NCBI GenBank assembly: GCA_050257975.1
Contig: JBLMXY010000012.1
Coordinates: 13,439 to 77,438, forward strand
Direction: 5' to 3'
Origin: Acidobacteriota bacterium
GTDB lineage: Bacteria > Acidobacteriota > Thermoanaerobaculia > UBA5066 > Gp7-AA6
DNA length: 64,000 nucleotides
Shown here: piece after piece, positions 44,251 to 53,787 of the stretch
Numbering within the stretch: the first letter of the stretch is position 1
How the letters are laid out: each line of letters starts with the position of its first letter
Program-made: the position numbers and the translations under genes
Notes under the pieces: generated by a model
Database searches by the model: none
What the model was told of the DNA's origin: nothing
Seen by the model: the letters and a program-made list of their open reading frames with translations, nothing else

Positions 44251-44421
44251 AACTCTCGTCCGGCCCCGGTCGGCTTGGGCGGGCTCGGAGCACGCTTCCT
44301 GGCGGACGGGTCCCGGGCGCGTTTTCGCCTCGCGCGGTGCCCGAAAGGGCCGAACTTTCGGTCTTTCGCTCCGTAGAAATAGCAGTAACCTCAAAGGTTG
44401 TTCGCGATCCGTGGAGGGTCG

Positions 44422-45687
44422 ATGTCGAAGAAAACCAAGATCATCATCGGGGCCGGGGTCGTCGTGGGCCTGGGCGCGATTCTCGCATTCTCGCTCGCCG
44501 GCCGGGACCGCAACCTTCCGCACGTGACCACGGCGAAGGTCGAAAAGGTCGATCTGGTGGCCAAGGTGACGGCCAACGGCAAGATCCAGGCGCGCAGGAA
44601 GGTCGACCTTTCGGCCCTCGTGATGGGGCAGATCGTCAATCTGGCCGTCCAGGAAGGAGACCACGTCAAGAGGGGCCAGCTGCTGCTGCAGATCGACAAG
44701 GCGCAGCTTGCCGCGGCCGCGCAGGGACGCGAGGCGAGCCTCGCCGCGATGCGCCACGACCTGGAGGCCGCCCGCGCCAACGCGGAGCAGGCGAAGCTCG
44801 ACTATCAGCGGGCCAAGGGCAACTACGAGGCCCACATCCTCGCTGAGGCCGACTACCAGAAGGCGAAGTCGGCCCTCGAGACGGCGCAGGCGACGCTCGC
44901 CGCGACCGAGCAGCGCATGAACCAGGCGTCGGCCGACCTGCTCGGCAGCCGCGACTCCCTCTCCAAGACGACCGTCACGTCGCCGATCGACGGGATCGTG
45001 ACGGCCCTGCCGGTCAAGGAGGGAGAGGTCACCGTCATCGGCACGATGAACAACCCGGGAACGCAGCTTCTGACCGTCTCGGACATGTCCGAGGTCGAGG
45101 CGGTCATGATGGTCGACGAGACCTCCGTGCCGCAGGTCAAAGTCGGCCAGACGGCGACGCTCTCGATCGACGCCTATCCCGGCAAGCCGTTTCAGGGCGT
45201 CGTCACCGAGGTCGGCTCTTCGCCGATCCCGAAGAACGATCCGGATCTCCTGTCTCTGACGCAGGGCTCGGAGGCGATCAACTTCAAGGTCAAGATCCGG
45301 GTGCAGAACCCGCCCGACACGATCCGCCCCGGCTTCTCTGTGACCGCCGAGATCGTCACGGGCCACAGGGATGGCGCGACCGCGATCCCGATCCAGGCCC
45401 TCGTCGTGCGCGACGTGCCGAAGAAGGACGGGAAGTCCGCCGCCGCGACCGGGCGGCCGCAGACGGAGGAAGGGGTCTACCTCGTCAAGGACGGCAAGCT
45501 CCAGTTCGTGAAGGTCGAGAGCGGGCTCGCCGGCGAGCTGATGATCGAGGTGAAGAAGGGCCCCTCCGTCGGCGCCGAGATCGTGACGGGGCCGTTCAAG
45601 GTATTGCGCCAGGTCAAGGAAGGCGACAAGGTCGTCATCGAGAAGGAAAGCGACAAGAAGAAGAAGGAAGGAACCAAGGCGGCGTGA
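44422..45687 (+). CDS. HlyD/MacA-family periplasmic adaptor (module A)
   Basis: MSKKTKIIIGAGVVVGLGAILAF (TM anchor), then lipoyl, coiled-coil (AQLAAAAQGREASLAAMRHDLEAARAN) and beta-barrel segments. GGAGGG SD before ATG 44422. Confidence 0.85.
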   Translation: MSKKTKIIIGAGVVVGLGAILAFSLAGRDRNLPHVTTAKVEKVDLVAKVTANGKIQARRKVDLSALVMGQIVNLAVQEGDHVKRGQLLLQIDKAQLAAAAQGREASLAAMRHDLEAARANAEQAKLDYQRAKGNYEAHILAEADYQKAKSALETAQATLAATEQRMNQASADLLGSRDSLSKTTVTSPIDGIVTALPVKEGEVTVIGTMNNPGTQLLTVSDMSEVEAVMMVDETSVPQVKVGQTATLSIDAYPGKPFQGVVTEVGSSPIPKNDPDLLSLTQGSEAINFKVKIRVQNPPDTIRPGFSVTAEIVTGHRDGATAIPIQALVVRDVPKKDGKSAAATGRPQTEEGVYLVKDGKLQFVKVESGLAGELMIEVKKGPSVGAEIVTGPFKVLRQVKEGDKVVIEKESDKKKKEGTKAA

Positions 45688-46898
45688 CGACCGTCGAGCT
45701 CTTCCGAATCTCCTCCTCCGCGCTCTCGCGGCACAAGCTGCGCTCCTTCCTGACGCTCCTCGGCGTGATCATCGGGGTGGCGACGGTCGTCGGCGTCGTC
45801 TCGGTGATCTCGGGGCTCAACGGCTACGTCAAGAACAAGGTCTTCGGGCTGAATCCGGACGTCGTGATCTTCACCAAGTACGGGATCATCACGAGCCGCG
45901 AGGAATGGCTGATCGCCAAGAAGCGCCGCGATGTGACCCTGACCGAGATGGAGATCGTCCGCCGGGAGTGCCGGCTCTGCTCGCAGGTCGGGGGTCAGGA
46001 GGACCGGATCAAGCCGGTCAAGTCCGGCGACCGAAAGCTCTCCGCGGTCAACGTGACGGGACAGACGCCCAACATGGGCGAGATGATGAACATCGAGATC
46101 GCCTCCGGCCGTTTCTTCAGTCAGAGCGAGTACGAGCACGCCGCGGCGGTCGCGGTGATCGGTTGGGACGTTCAGGACCAGCTCTTTCCCAATCAGGATC
46201 CGATCGGACGGATCATGAAGGTGGACGGCTACCCAGTCAAGGTGATCGGGACGCTGGCCAAGCAGGGGAACGTCCTCGGCGAGAACCGGGACAGCGTCCT
46301 GTACGTGCCGCTCACCCTCTTCTCGAAGCACATCGCCAACAGCCGCGACATCGCGATCTTCGCGAAGCCCACGGGCGGGGTCGAGGCGGTCAACCCGATG
46401 ACCGACGAGGTGCGCACCATCTTGCGGGCCCTGCGAAAGACCAAATTCGACAAGGACGACCCGTTCGGCCTCGTGACGGCGGAGATGTTGCAGTCTCTGT
46501 GGAAGTCGATTTCGGCCGGAGCCTTCCTGCTGATGGTCCTGATCTCGGGCATCTCGCTGGTGGTCGGCGCGATCGTCATCGCCAACATCATGTTCGTGTC
46601 GGTGGTCGAGCGGACCAAGGAGATCGGCGTGCGGCGCGCGATGGGAGCCCGGCAGCGGGACATCCGCCGTCAGTTCCTCCTGGAGGCGGCGCTGCTCTCC
46701 TCGATCGGCGGACTGATCGGCGTGATCCTGGGCTCGCTCATCTCGTTTGCGGTCAGCCAGGTTTTCCCGGCGCAGGTCCGGCTGTCCTTCATCCTGGTCG
46801 GAATCGGCGTCGCGACTTTGACCGGCCTCATCGCGGGGCTGATCCCGGCTTCGAAGGCCGGCCGCCTGCCGCCGGTCGAGGCGCTGCGCTATGAGTAG
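45684..46898 (+). CDS. MacB/LolCE-type (FtsX-family) ABC permease, class 1, no ATPase domain
   Basis: TM1 is HKLRSFLTLLGVIIGVATVVGVV, followed by a periplasmic MacB_PCD-like domain and 3 C-terminal TMs with ERTKEIGVRRAMGA. No Walker A motif. GTGA overlap with the adaptor gene. Confidence 0.85.
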   Translation: MTTVELFRISSSALSRHKLRSFLTLLGVIIGVATVVGVVSVISGLNGYVKNKVFGLNPDVVIFTKYGIITSREEWLIAKKRRDVTLTEMEIVRRECRLCSQVGGQEDRIKPVKSGDRKLSAVNVTGQTPNMGEMMNIEIASGRFFSQSEYEHAAAVAVIGWDVQDQLFPNQDPIGRIMKVDGYPVKVIGTLAKQGNVLGENRDSVLYVPLTLFSKHIANSRDIAIFAKPTGGVEAVNPMTDEVRTILRALRKTKFDKDDPFGLVTAEMLQSLWKSISAGAFLLMVLISGISLVVGAIVIANIMFVSVVERTKEIGVRRAMGARQRDIRRQFLLEAALLSSIGGLIGVILGSLISFAVSQVFPAQVRLSFILVGIGVATLTGLIAGLIPASKAGRLPPVEALRYE

Positions 46899-46962
46899 TT
46901 CTCAGTTCTCGGTTCACAGTTCTCAGTTCCGGAACTGACAACGGAAGACTGACGACTGGAAA
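46899..46962. repeat. Heptamer-built imperfect hairpin centred on the palindrome CAGTTCCGGAACTG
   Basis: TTCTCAG TTCTCGG TTCACAG TTCTCAG TTCCGGAA CTGACAA CGGAAGA CTGACGA CTGGAAA. The element starts directly after the stop codon and ends 4 nt before the next ATG. Confidence 0.85.
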
Positions 46963-46966
46963 CTCC

Positions 46967-48247
<1,281 letters not shown>

Positions 48248-48251
48248 TAGC

Positions 48252-48329
48252 CAGCTCTCAGCCCTCAGCCATCAGCTCGCTTCATGTTGACCTGGCTGAA
48301 AGCGGACAGCCGATCGCTCAAAGCTCGAA
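48252..48329. repeat. Heptamer-built imperfect hairpin, GCTG-core variant
   Basis: The left arm is CAGCTCT CAGCCCT CAGCCAT CAGCTCG. The right arm is GCTGAAA GCGGACA GCCGATC GCTCAAA GCTCGAA. The cores pair and the 3-nt spacers mostly do not. Confidence 0.7.
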
Positions 48330-48338
48330 ACCGACCCG

Positions 48339-49622
48339 ATGTCCTCCCTTCTATCTCACCTGAGGCGCGGCTTCGGCGAGAACCTGCGTTTCGCCATGCT
48401 CGCCGTGCGCGCCCACAAGCTGCGCGCCACGCTGACCATCCTCGGCATCGTCGTGGGAGTCGCGACGGTGATCGCCATGGTCTCGATCGTGACCGGCTTC
48501 AACAACAACATGGTGCGCAACTTTCAGAGCTTCGGCGCGACACTGGTCGTCTTCCAGAAGTACGAGCCCCGCTTCGGACCCGGAGGTCCGCGCCCGGAGG
48601 GTGAGCTGCGCCGCAAGGACCTGACGCTCGAGGATGCCGCCGCGCTGCGGGCGATTCCGGAGATCCGCGCCGTGTCGCCCCAGCGCTACCTCTGGGACAA
48701 CACCGACTACCACCTGAAATACCGCGACGCCGAGGCCCAGTCGCCGCGCGTCTTTGGCGTGATGCCGGAGTACCCCATCGCGACGAGCCGCTTCGTGGCG
48801 CAGGGGCGATTCCTGACCGAGACCGACATCGAGCACGCCGCCGACGTGATCGTGATCGGAGACGAGATCCGCGAGAAGCTCTTCCCGCGCGAGGACCCCC
48901 TGAACAAACGGGTGCTTCTCGGCCACGACAGCTACACGGTGGTCGGAGTCTTCGAAGCGAAGGGGAGGATGTTCGGAGAGTCGCAGGACAACCTGGTGGC
49001 GATCCCGATCACGACCTTCGACCGCCGGTTTCCGTGGATCAAGGTGGGCGGTAGCAACGGCGACGCCCTGCGAATCGCCACGATTCCGCAGCGGGCCGAC
49101 CAGGTTCCGGCCCTGATCGAGAAGGCGCGCACGATCCTGCGGGCCCGGCGGCACGTCCGCTTCGATCAGCCGGACGACTTCGGCATCGTCACGCCGGACC
49201 GGCTGATCGAGAGCTTCCAGGGAATCACGCGCGGCGTCACGATGGCCATGATCTTCATCGCGTTCATCTCGCTTCTGATCGGCGGGGTGGGGGTGATGAA
49301 CATCATGCTGGTCTCGGTGACCGAGCGCACGCGCGAGATCGGCGTGCGCAAGGCCGTCGGGGCGTTCCGGCGCGACATCGTGATGCAGTTCCTCACGGAG
49401 GCGACGACCCTGTCGCTGCTCGGCGGCGCGATCGGCGTCGTCGTCGGGATCGCCGTGCCGGCCGCCGTCAAGCGCGTCTTCGAAGCGCTTCCGGCGGAGA
49501 CGCCGCTCTGGTCGGTGGTGGTGGGCCTGCTCGTCTCGATTTCGGTCGGCATCTTCTTCGGCCTCTATCCGGCCGTGAAGGCGTCGCGCCTCGATCCCAT
49601 CGAGGCGCTGCGGTATGAATAG
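48339..49622 (+). CDS. MacB/LolCE-type ABC permease, class 2 (close paralog of 46967..48247)
   Basis: The N-terminus (SSLLSHLRRGFGENLRFAMLAVRAHKLRATLTILGIVVGVATVIAMVSIVTGFNNNMVRNFQSFGATLV) and the C-terminus are nearly identical to the preceding gene. Confidence 0.85.
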   Translation: MSSLLSHLRRGFGENLRFAMLAVRAHKLRATLTILGIVVGVATVIAMVSIVTGFNNNMVRNFQSFGATLVVFQKYEPRFGPGGPRPEGELRRKDLTLEDAAALRAIPEIRAVSPQRYLWDNTDYHLKYRDAEAQSPRVFGVMPEYPIATSRFVAQGRFLTETDIEHAADVIVIGDEIREKLFPREDPLNKRVLLGHDSYTVVGVFEAKGRMFGESQDNLVAIPITTFDRRFPWIKVGGSNGDALRIATIPQRADQVPALIEKARTILRARRHVRFDQPDDFGIVTPDRLIESFQGITRGVTMAMIFIAFISLLIGGVGVMNIMLVSVTERTREIGVRKAVGAFRRDIVMQFLTEATTLSLLGGAIGVVVGIAVPAAVKRVFEALPAETPLWSVVVGLLVSISVGIFFGLYPAVKASRLDPIEALRYE

Positions 49623-49673
49623 GCTGCGCGCTCTCGCCGAGTCGTCGAGAGCCGGGAATTAGGGGCGTTCGCC

Positions 49674-50930
49674 ATGTCCCGAACCTGGAAGATCCTCATC
49701 GCCGTCGCACTGGCACTCGGAGCGATTTTCATTCTCGCGGCCCTCTCCGCGCGCGACCGCAAGATCCCCCGCGTGACCGCGGCACCGGCGAAGACCGAGG
49801 ACGTCGTCTCGAAGGTGACGGCGAACGGAAAGATCCAGGCGGAGAAGAAGGTGGATCTTTCGGCGCTCGTCATGGGCCAGATCGTCAATCTGGCGGTTCG
49901 TAACGGCGACCGGGTGCACAAGGGCGACTTCCTCCTCCAGATCGACCGGAACCGGGCGGCCGCCGAGGAGGCGGGATCGGCGGCGGCGCTCGCCGGAAGC
50001 CTCGCCGCGCTGGAGTCTGCCCGAACGGCGGTCGAACAGGCGCGGCGCGACGAAGAGCGTGCGAAGAAGAACTACGAGGCCCGGATCCTCCCGGAGGCCG
50101 ATTCGCAGAGGGCCCGCTCGGAGCTGGAGACGGCACGGGCAAACTTCGAAGTCGCGCAGAGACGCGTCGAGGAAAACCGGGCCAACCTGAACGCCTCCCG
50201 GGACACCCTCTCGAAGACGACCGTCCGATCCCCGATCGACGGCATCGTGACGGACCTGCCGGTCAAGGAGGGGGAGGTGACGGTGGTCGGAACGATGAAC
50301 AACCCCGGCACGCAGCTCATGACGATCTCCGACATGTCCAGCGTGGAAGGCGTTCTCATGGTCGACGAGACCGACGTGCCGAGCGTGAAAGTGGGACAGA
50401 AGGCCATGCTCTCGATCGAGGCGTATCCCGACCGGTCGTTTGAGGGCGTCGTCACGCAGGTCGAGAACTCCCCGATCGCCAAGAACGACTCCGATCTGCA
50501 AGGTCTCATCACGACCTCGGACGCGATCAACTTCAAGGTCCGCGTCAAGCTGCTGCGGCCTCCGGACTCAGTCCGGCCGGGCTTCTCCGTCACGGCGGAC
50601 GTCATCACGGGCTCGAAGGCGAAGGCGCTCGCGATCCCGCTCGCCGCGGTCGTGATCCGGGACGACCCCAAAGGCGCGAAGACGGCCTCGGGAAGGATAA
50701 GGACCCAGACGGGTGTCTACGCCCTGCGAAAGGGGAAGGCGGAGTTCGTGCCCGTCGAGCTCGGCCTCGCCGGCGAATTGATGGTCGAGGTCCGGAGCGG
50801 GCTCTCGGCCAAGGAGCAGATCATCACCGGCCCGTTCAAGACGTTGCGGGCCCTGAAGGACGGGGATCGCGTGAAACTCGAAAAGGAAAAGAAGGGAGCC
50901 GAGGAGGGAGCCGCCGGCTCGTCTTCGTAA
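49674..50930 (+). CDS. HlyD/MacA-family periplasmic adaptor (module B)
   Basis: Paralog of 44422..45687. Both share VDLSALVMGQIVNLAV, TVTSPIDGIVT/TVRSPIDGIVT and VIGTMNNPGTQLLT/VVGTMNNPGTQLMT. Confidence 0.85.
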   Translation: MSRTWKILIAVALALGAIFILAALSARDRKIPRVTAAPAKTEDVVSKVTANGKIQAEKKVDLSALVMGQIVNLAVRNGDRVHKGDFLLQIDRNRAAAEEAGSAAALAGSLAALESARTAVEQARRDEERAKKNYEARILPEADSQRARSELETARANFEVAQRRVEENRANLNASRDTLSKTTVRSPIDGIVTDLPVKEGEVTVVGTMNNPGTQLMTISDMSSVEGVLMVDETDVPSVKVGQKAMLSIEAYPDRSFEGVVTQVENSPIAKNDSDLQGLITTSDAINFKVRVKLLRPPDSVRPGFSVTADVITGSKAKALAIPLAAVVIRDDPKGAKTASGRIRTQTGVYALRKGKAEFVPVELGLAGELMVEVRSGLSAKEQIITGPFKTLRALKDGDRVKLEKEKKGAEEGAAGSSS

Positions 50931-50934
50931 GCGC

Positions 50935-52149
50935 ATGGCCCTCCGAGAGCTCCTGGCGGTGGCGTTGCAGGCGCTGCAGCGCCACAAGCTGCGCTCCTTC
51001 CTGACGCTGCTCGGCGTGATCATCGGGGTCGCCACGGTGGTGGCGGTCGTGTCGATCATCAGCGGCCTGAACGGCTACGTTCGCGACAAGGTGCTCAACC
51101 TGAATCCGGACGTGCTGGTCTTCACGAAGTACGGCATCGTGCGCAGCCGCGACGAGTTCATCCTGCAGCGGAAACGAAAGCCCGTGACCCTTCGCGAAGC
51201 GCGGCTGATCGAGCGCGAGTGTCGAACCTGCGGGGCCGTCGGCGCCCGGGTGAATCACGTGGACGCGCTCCACGCCGGCCGGCAGAAGGATCCCGACGCC
51301 CAGATCCAGGGTCAGACGGCCAACATGCAGTCGATGCTGCGCATGGATCTCGAGGCGGGGCGCTTCTTCAGTCCCATCGAGGAGGAACACGCGACGGCGG
51401 TGGCCATCATCGGTGCGGAGGTGAAGGACCAGCTGTTTCCGGGCTTGAACCCCATCGGCCGCACGCTCTACGTTCGCGGGTACCCGGTGCGCGTCATCGG
51501 CCTCGCCGTCCGGAAGGGAAGCGTCCTCGGCCAGGACCAGGACAACGTCATCATCACGCCGATCACCTTCGTCCAGAAGATTCTGACCGCGAGCGACGAG
51601 GTGTCGATCTACGTGCGCCCCCGGGCGGGCCTCGCCGGAATCGATGCGACCCAGGACGAGGTCCGGACGATCCTGCGCTCCCTGCGGAAGACCCCCTACC
51701 CGGCCGACGATCCGTTCGGCATCCTCGGCTCCGAGGCCTTCCAGACGCTCTGGAAATCTCTCACCGCGGGAGCCTTCGCGCTGATGGTTCTGATCTCGGG
51801 CATCTCGCTCGTGGTCGGCGCGATCGTCATTGCCAACATCATGTTCGTGTCCGTCGTCGAGCGAACCCGGGAGATCGGAGTGCGGCGCGCGCTCGGGGCC
51901 CGACGCCGCGACATTCGGCGCCAGTTCCTGCTCGAGGCGGCGCTTCTCGCCAGCGCCGGCGGCATTCTGGGCGTCCTGCTCGGTGCCCTGCTTGCTCTGC
52001 TCGTCAGCCGGGTCTTCCCCGCGCAGGTCCGGCTCTCCTTCGCGGTCCTGGGGGTCGGGGTCGCGATTGCCACCGGGGTCCTGGCCGGGCTTGCGCCGTC
52101 CTCCTCGGCTTCCCGCGTGGCCCCGATCGAGGCCTTGCGTTTCGAGTGA
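50935..52149 (+). CDS. MacB/LolCE-type ABC permease, class 1
   Basis: HKLRSFLTLLGVIIGVATVVAVVSIISGLNGYV and ERTREIGVRRALGA. Same length (404 aa) as 45684..46898. Confidence 0.85.
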   Translation: MALRELLAVALQALQRHKLRSFLTLLGVIIGVATVVAVVSIISGLNGYVRDKVLNLNPDVLVFTKYGIVRSRDEFILQRKRKPVTLREARLIERECRTCGAVGARVNHVDALHAGRQKDPDAQIQGQTANMQSMLRMDLEAGRFFSPIEEEHATAVAIIGAEVKDQLFPGLNPIGRTLYVRGYPVRVIGLAVRKGSVLGQDQDNVIITPITFVQKILTASDEVSIYVRPRAGLAGIDATQDEVRTILRSLRKTPYPADDPFGILGSEAFQTLWKSLTAGAFALMVLISGISLVVGAIVIANIMFVSVVERTREIGVRRALGARRRDIRRQFLLEAALLASAGGILGVLLGALLALLVSRVFPAQVRLSFAVLGVGVAIATGVLAGLAPSSSASRVAPIEALRFE

Positions 52150-52156
52150 GGTACCG

Positions 52157-53428
52157 ATGAACCGCCTGACCGAGGTCTTTCGGAGGGGCTTCGCCGAGAA
52201 CGTCCGTTTCGGCGTCAACGCCATGCGGGAGCACAAGCTGCGCTCGGCCCTGACGATTCTCGGGATCGTCGTGGGGGTCGCGACGGTGATCTCGATGGTC
52301 GCGATCGTGACCGGCTTCAACAACAACGTCATCGGCAACTTCCAGGCCTTCGGCGCCAGCCGGATCGAATTCAAGAAGTACAAGGACCGCTTCGGCGGGC
52401 CGGGCCCCCAGACGGAAGAGGAGCGGCGCCGCCGCAACCTCACGATGGAGGACGTCCTGGCGATCCGGAAGGCCTGCCCGGAGGCCGCGGCGATCTCGGC
52501 CCTCGTCGGGTACTTCGACGCACAGATCCACGTCAAGAACGGGAGCCTCGAGGCCAACAATCCTTACGTGCTGGGCGTCGACGAGTACTATCCGACGGCG
52601 ACGGCCTACACGATCGGCCTGGGCCGGTTCTTCACGCCCGCCGAGGTCGAGCACGGCGCGCTCGCCGTGGTCATCGGCTCCGAGGTGAAGGAGGCGATCT
52701 TTCCCGCCGAAGATCCGCTCGGCAAGGACATCACGGTCAACGGCCTGCGCTACCGCGTCGTCGGCGTGCTCGAAAAAAAGGGCGAACAGTTCGGCTACTC
52801 GCCGGACAACAAGGTCGTGCTTCCCTACAAGACCTTCGAGCACCAGTTCGGTTTCCAGGTGCGGGAGGGCGGCGTCAGCATCAACGCCGTGCCCCGACGG
52901 CCCGAGGACGTGGACCTCGTGATCGAGAAGGTGACGGCGGCGCTTCGGTTGCGCCGCCGGATTCCCTTCAACAAGCCGAACGATTTCGAGATCTCGACGC
53001 CGGCCCAGCTGATCGGACAGTTCCGCGCCATTACGGGCGGCGTGACCGGAGCGATGGTGCTGATCGCCCTGATCTCGCTCGTGATCGGCGGCGTGGGAGT
53101 CATGAACATCATGCTCGTCGCCGTCACGCAGAGAACGCGGGAGATCGGCATCCGCAAGGCCGTCGGGGCGTTCCGCCGCGACATCGTTCGGCAGTTTCTG
53201 ACCGAAGCCGTAACGCTGACGACGCTCGGTGGCATTCTGGGCGTCGGGTTCGGCGTTCTGGTCTCCACCCTCGTGCGAACCTTCGTGCCGGCGCTGCCGA
53301 CCTCGGTTCCGGTCTGGTCGGTCTTCGTCGGGCTGCTGGTTTCGACCTCCGTCGGGATCTTCTTCGGCCTCTATCCGGCCGTGAAAGCCTCCCGCCTCGA
53401 TCCGATCGAAGCGCTGCGCTACGAATAG
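52157..53428 (+). CDS. MacB/LolCE-type ABC permease, class 2
   Basis: The start was chosen at MNRLTEVFRRGFAENVRFGVNAMREHKLRSALTILGIVVGVATVISMVAIVTGFNNNV, inside track ORF 51830..53428. Confidence 0.85.
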   Translation: MNRLTEVFRRGFAENVRFGVNAMREHKLRSALTILGIVVGVATVISMVAIVTGFNNNVIGNFQAFGASRIEFKKYKDRFGGPGPQTEEERRRRNLTMEDVLAIRKACPEAAAISALVGYFDAQIHVKNGSLEANNPYVLGVDEYYPTATAYTIGLGRFFTPAEVEHGALAVVIGSEVKEAIFPAEDPLGKDITVNGLRYRVVGVLEKKGEQFGYSPDNKVVLPYKTFEHQFGFQVREGGVSINAVPRRPEDVDLVIEKVTAALRLRRRIPFNKPNDFEISTPAQLIGQFRAITGGVTGAMVLIALISLVIGGVGVMNIMLVAVTQRTREIGIRKAVGAFRRDIVRQFLTEAVTLTTLGGILGVGFGVLVSTLVRTFVPALPTSVPVWSVFVGLLVSTSVGIFFGLYPAVKASRLDPIEALRYE

Positions 53429-53787
53429 GCCTCAGGAGGAGGAGGTCGCCTCGTCGCCGCGGGCGCGGCGAGGCCACGCGTACACGGCCGCCCCGGCCGC
53501 CAGGGCGATGTGCAGAACGGCGTCGGTCGCAATGAGAGCGAGGGCGACTCGAGCGAGAAGAAGGTGGCCGAGCAGTGGTTGCCGGCCGTGAACGGCCAAC
53601 GACGACCGCCAGGCGGCTTTCGTCCTTCTTTCTTCTGGCGGATCTGTACGACCGGCTGGGGGAGCCCGCGCGCTCGAGCGAGTTCGCACGGCGAGGCAAG
53701 GCACTCGCCAGCGGCAGCCGCTCGGGCAGCTGACCCTTGCCGGTCGTCTCCGCTCTCCTGGAGACGAAGCGGCTCTGCGCCGAACCC

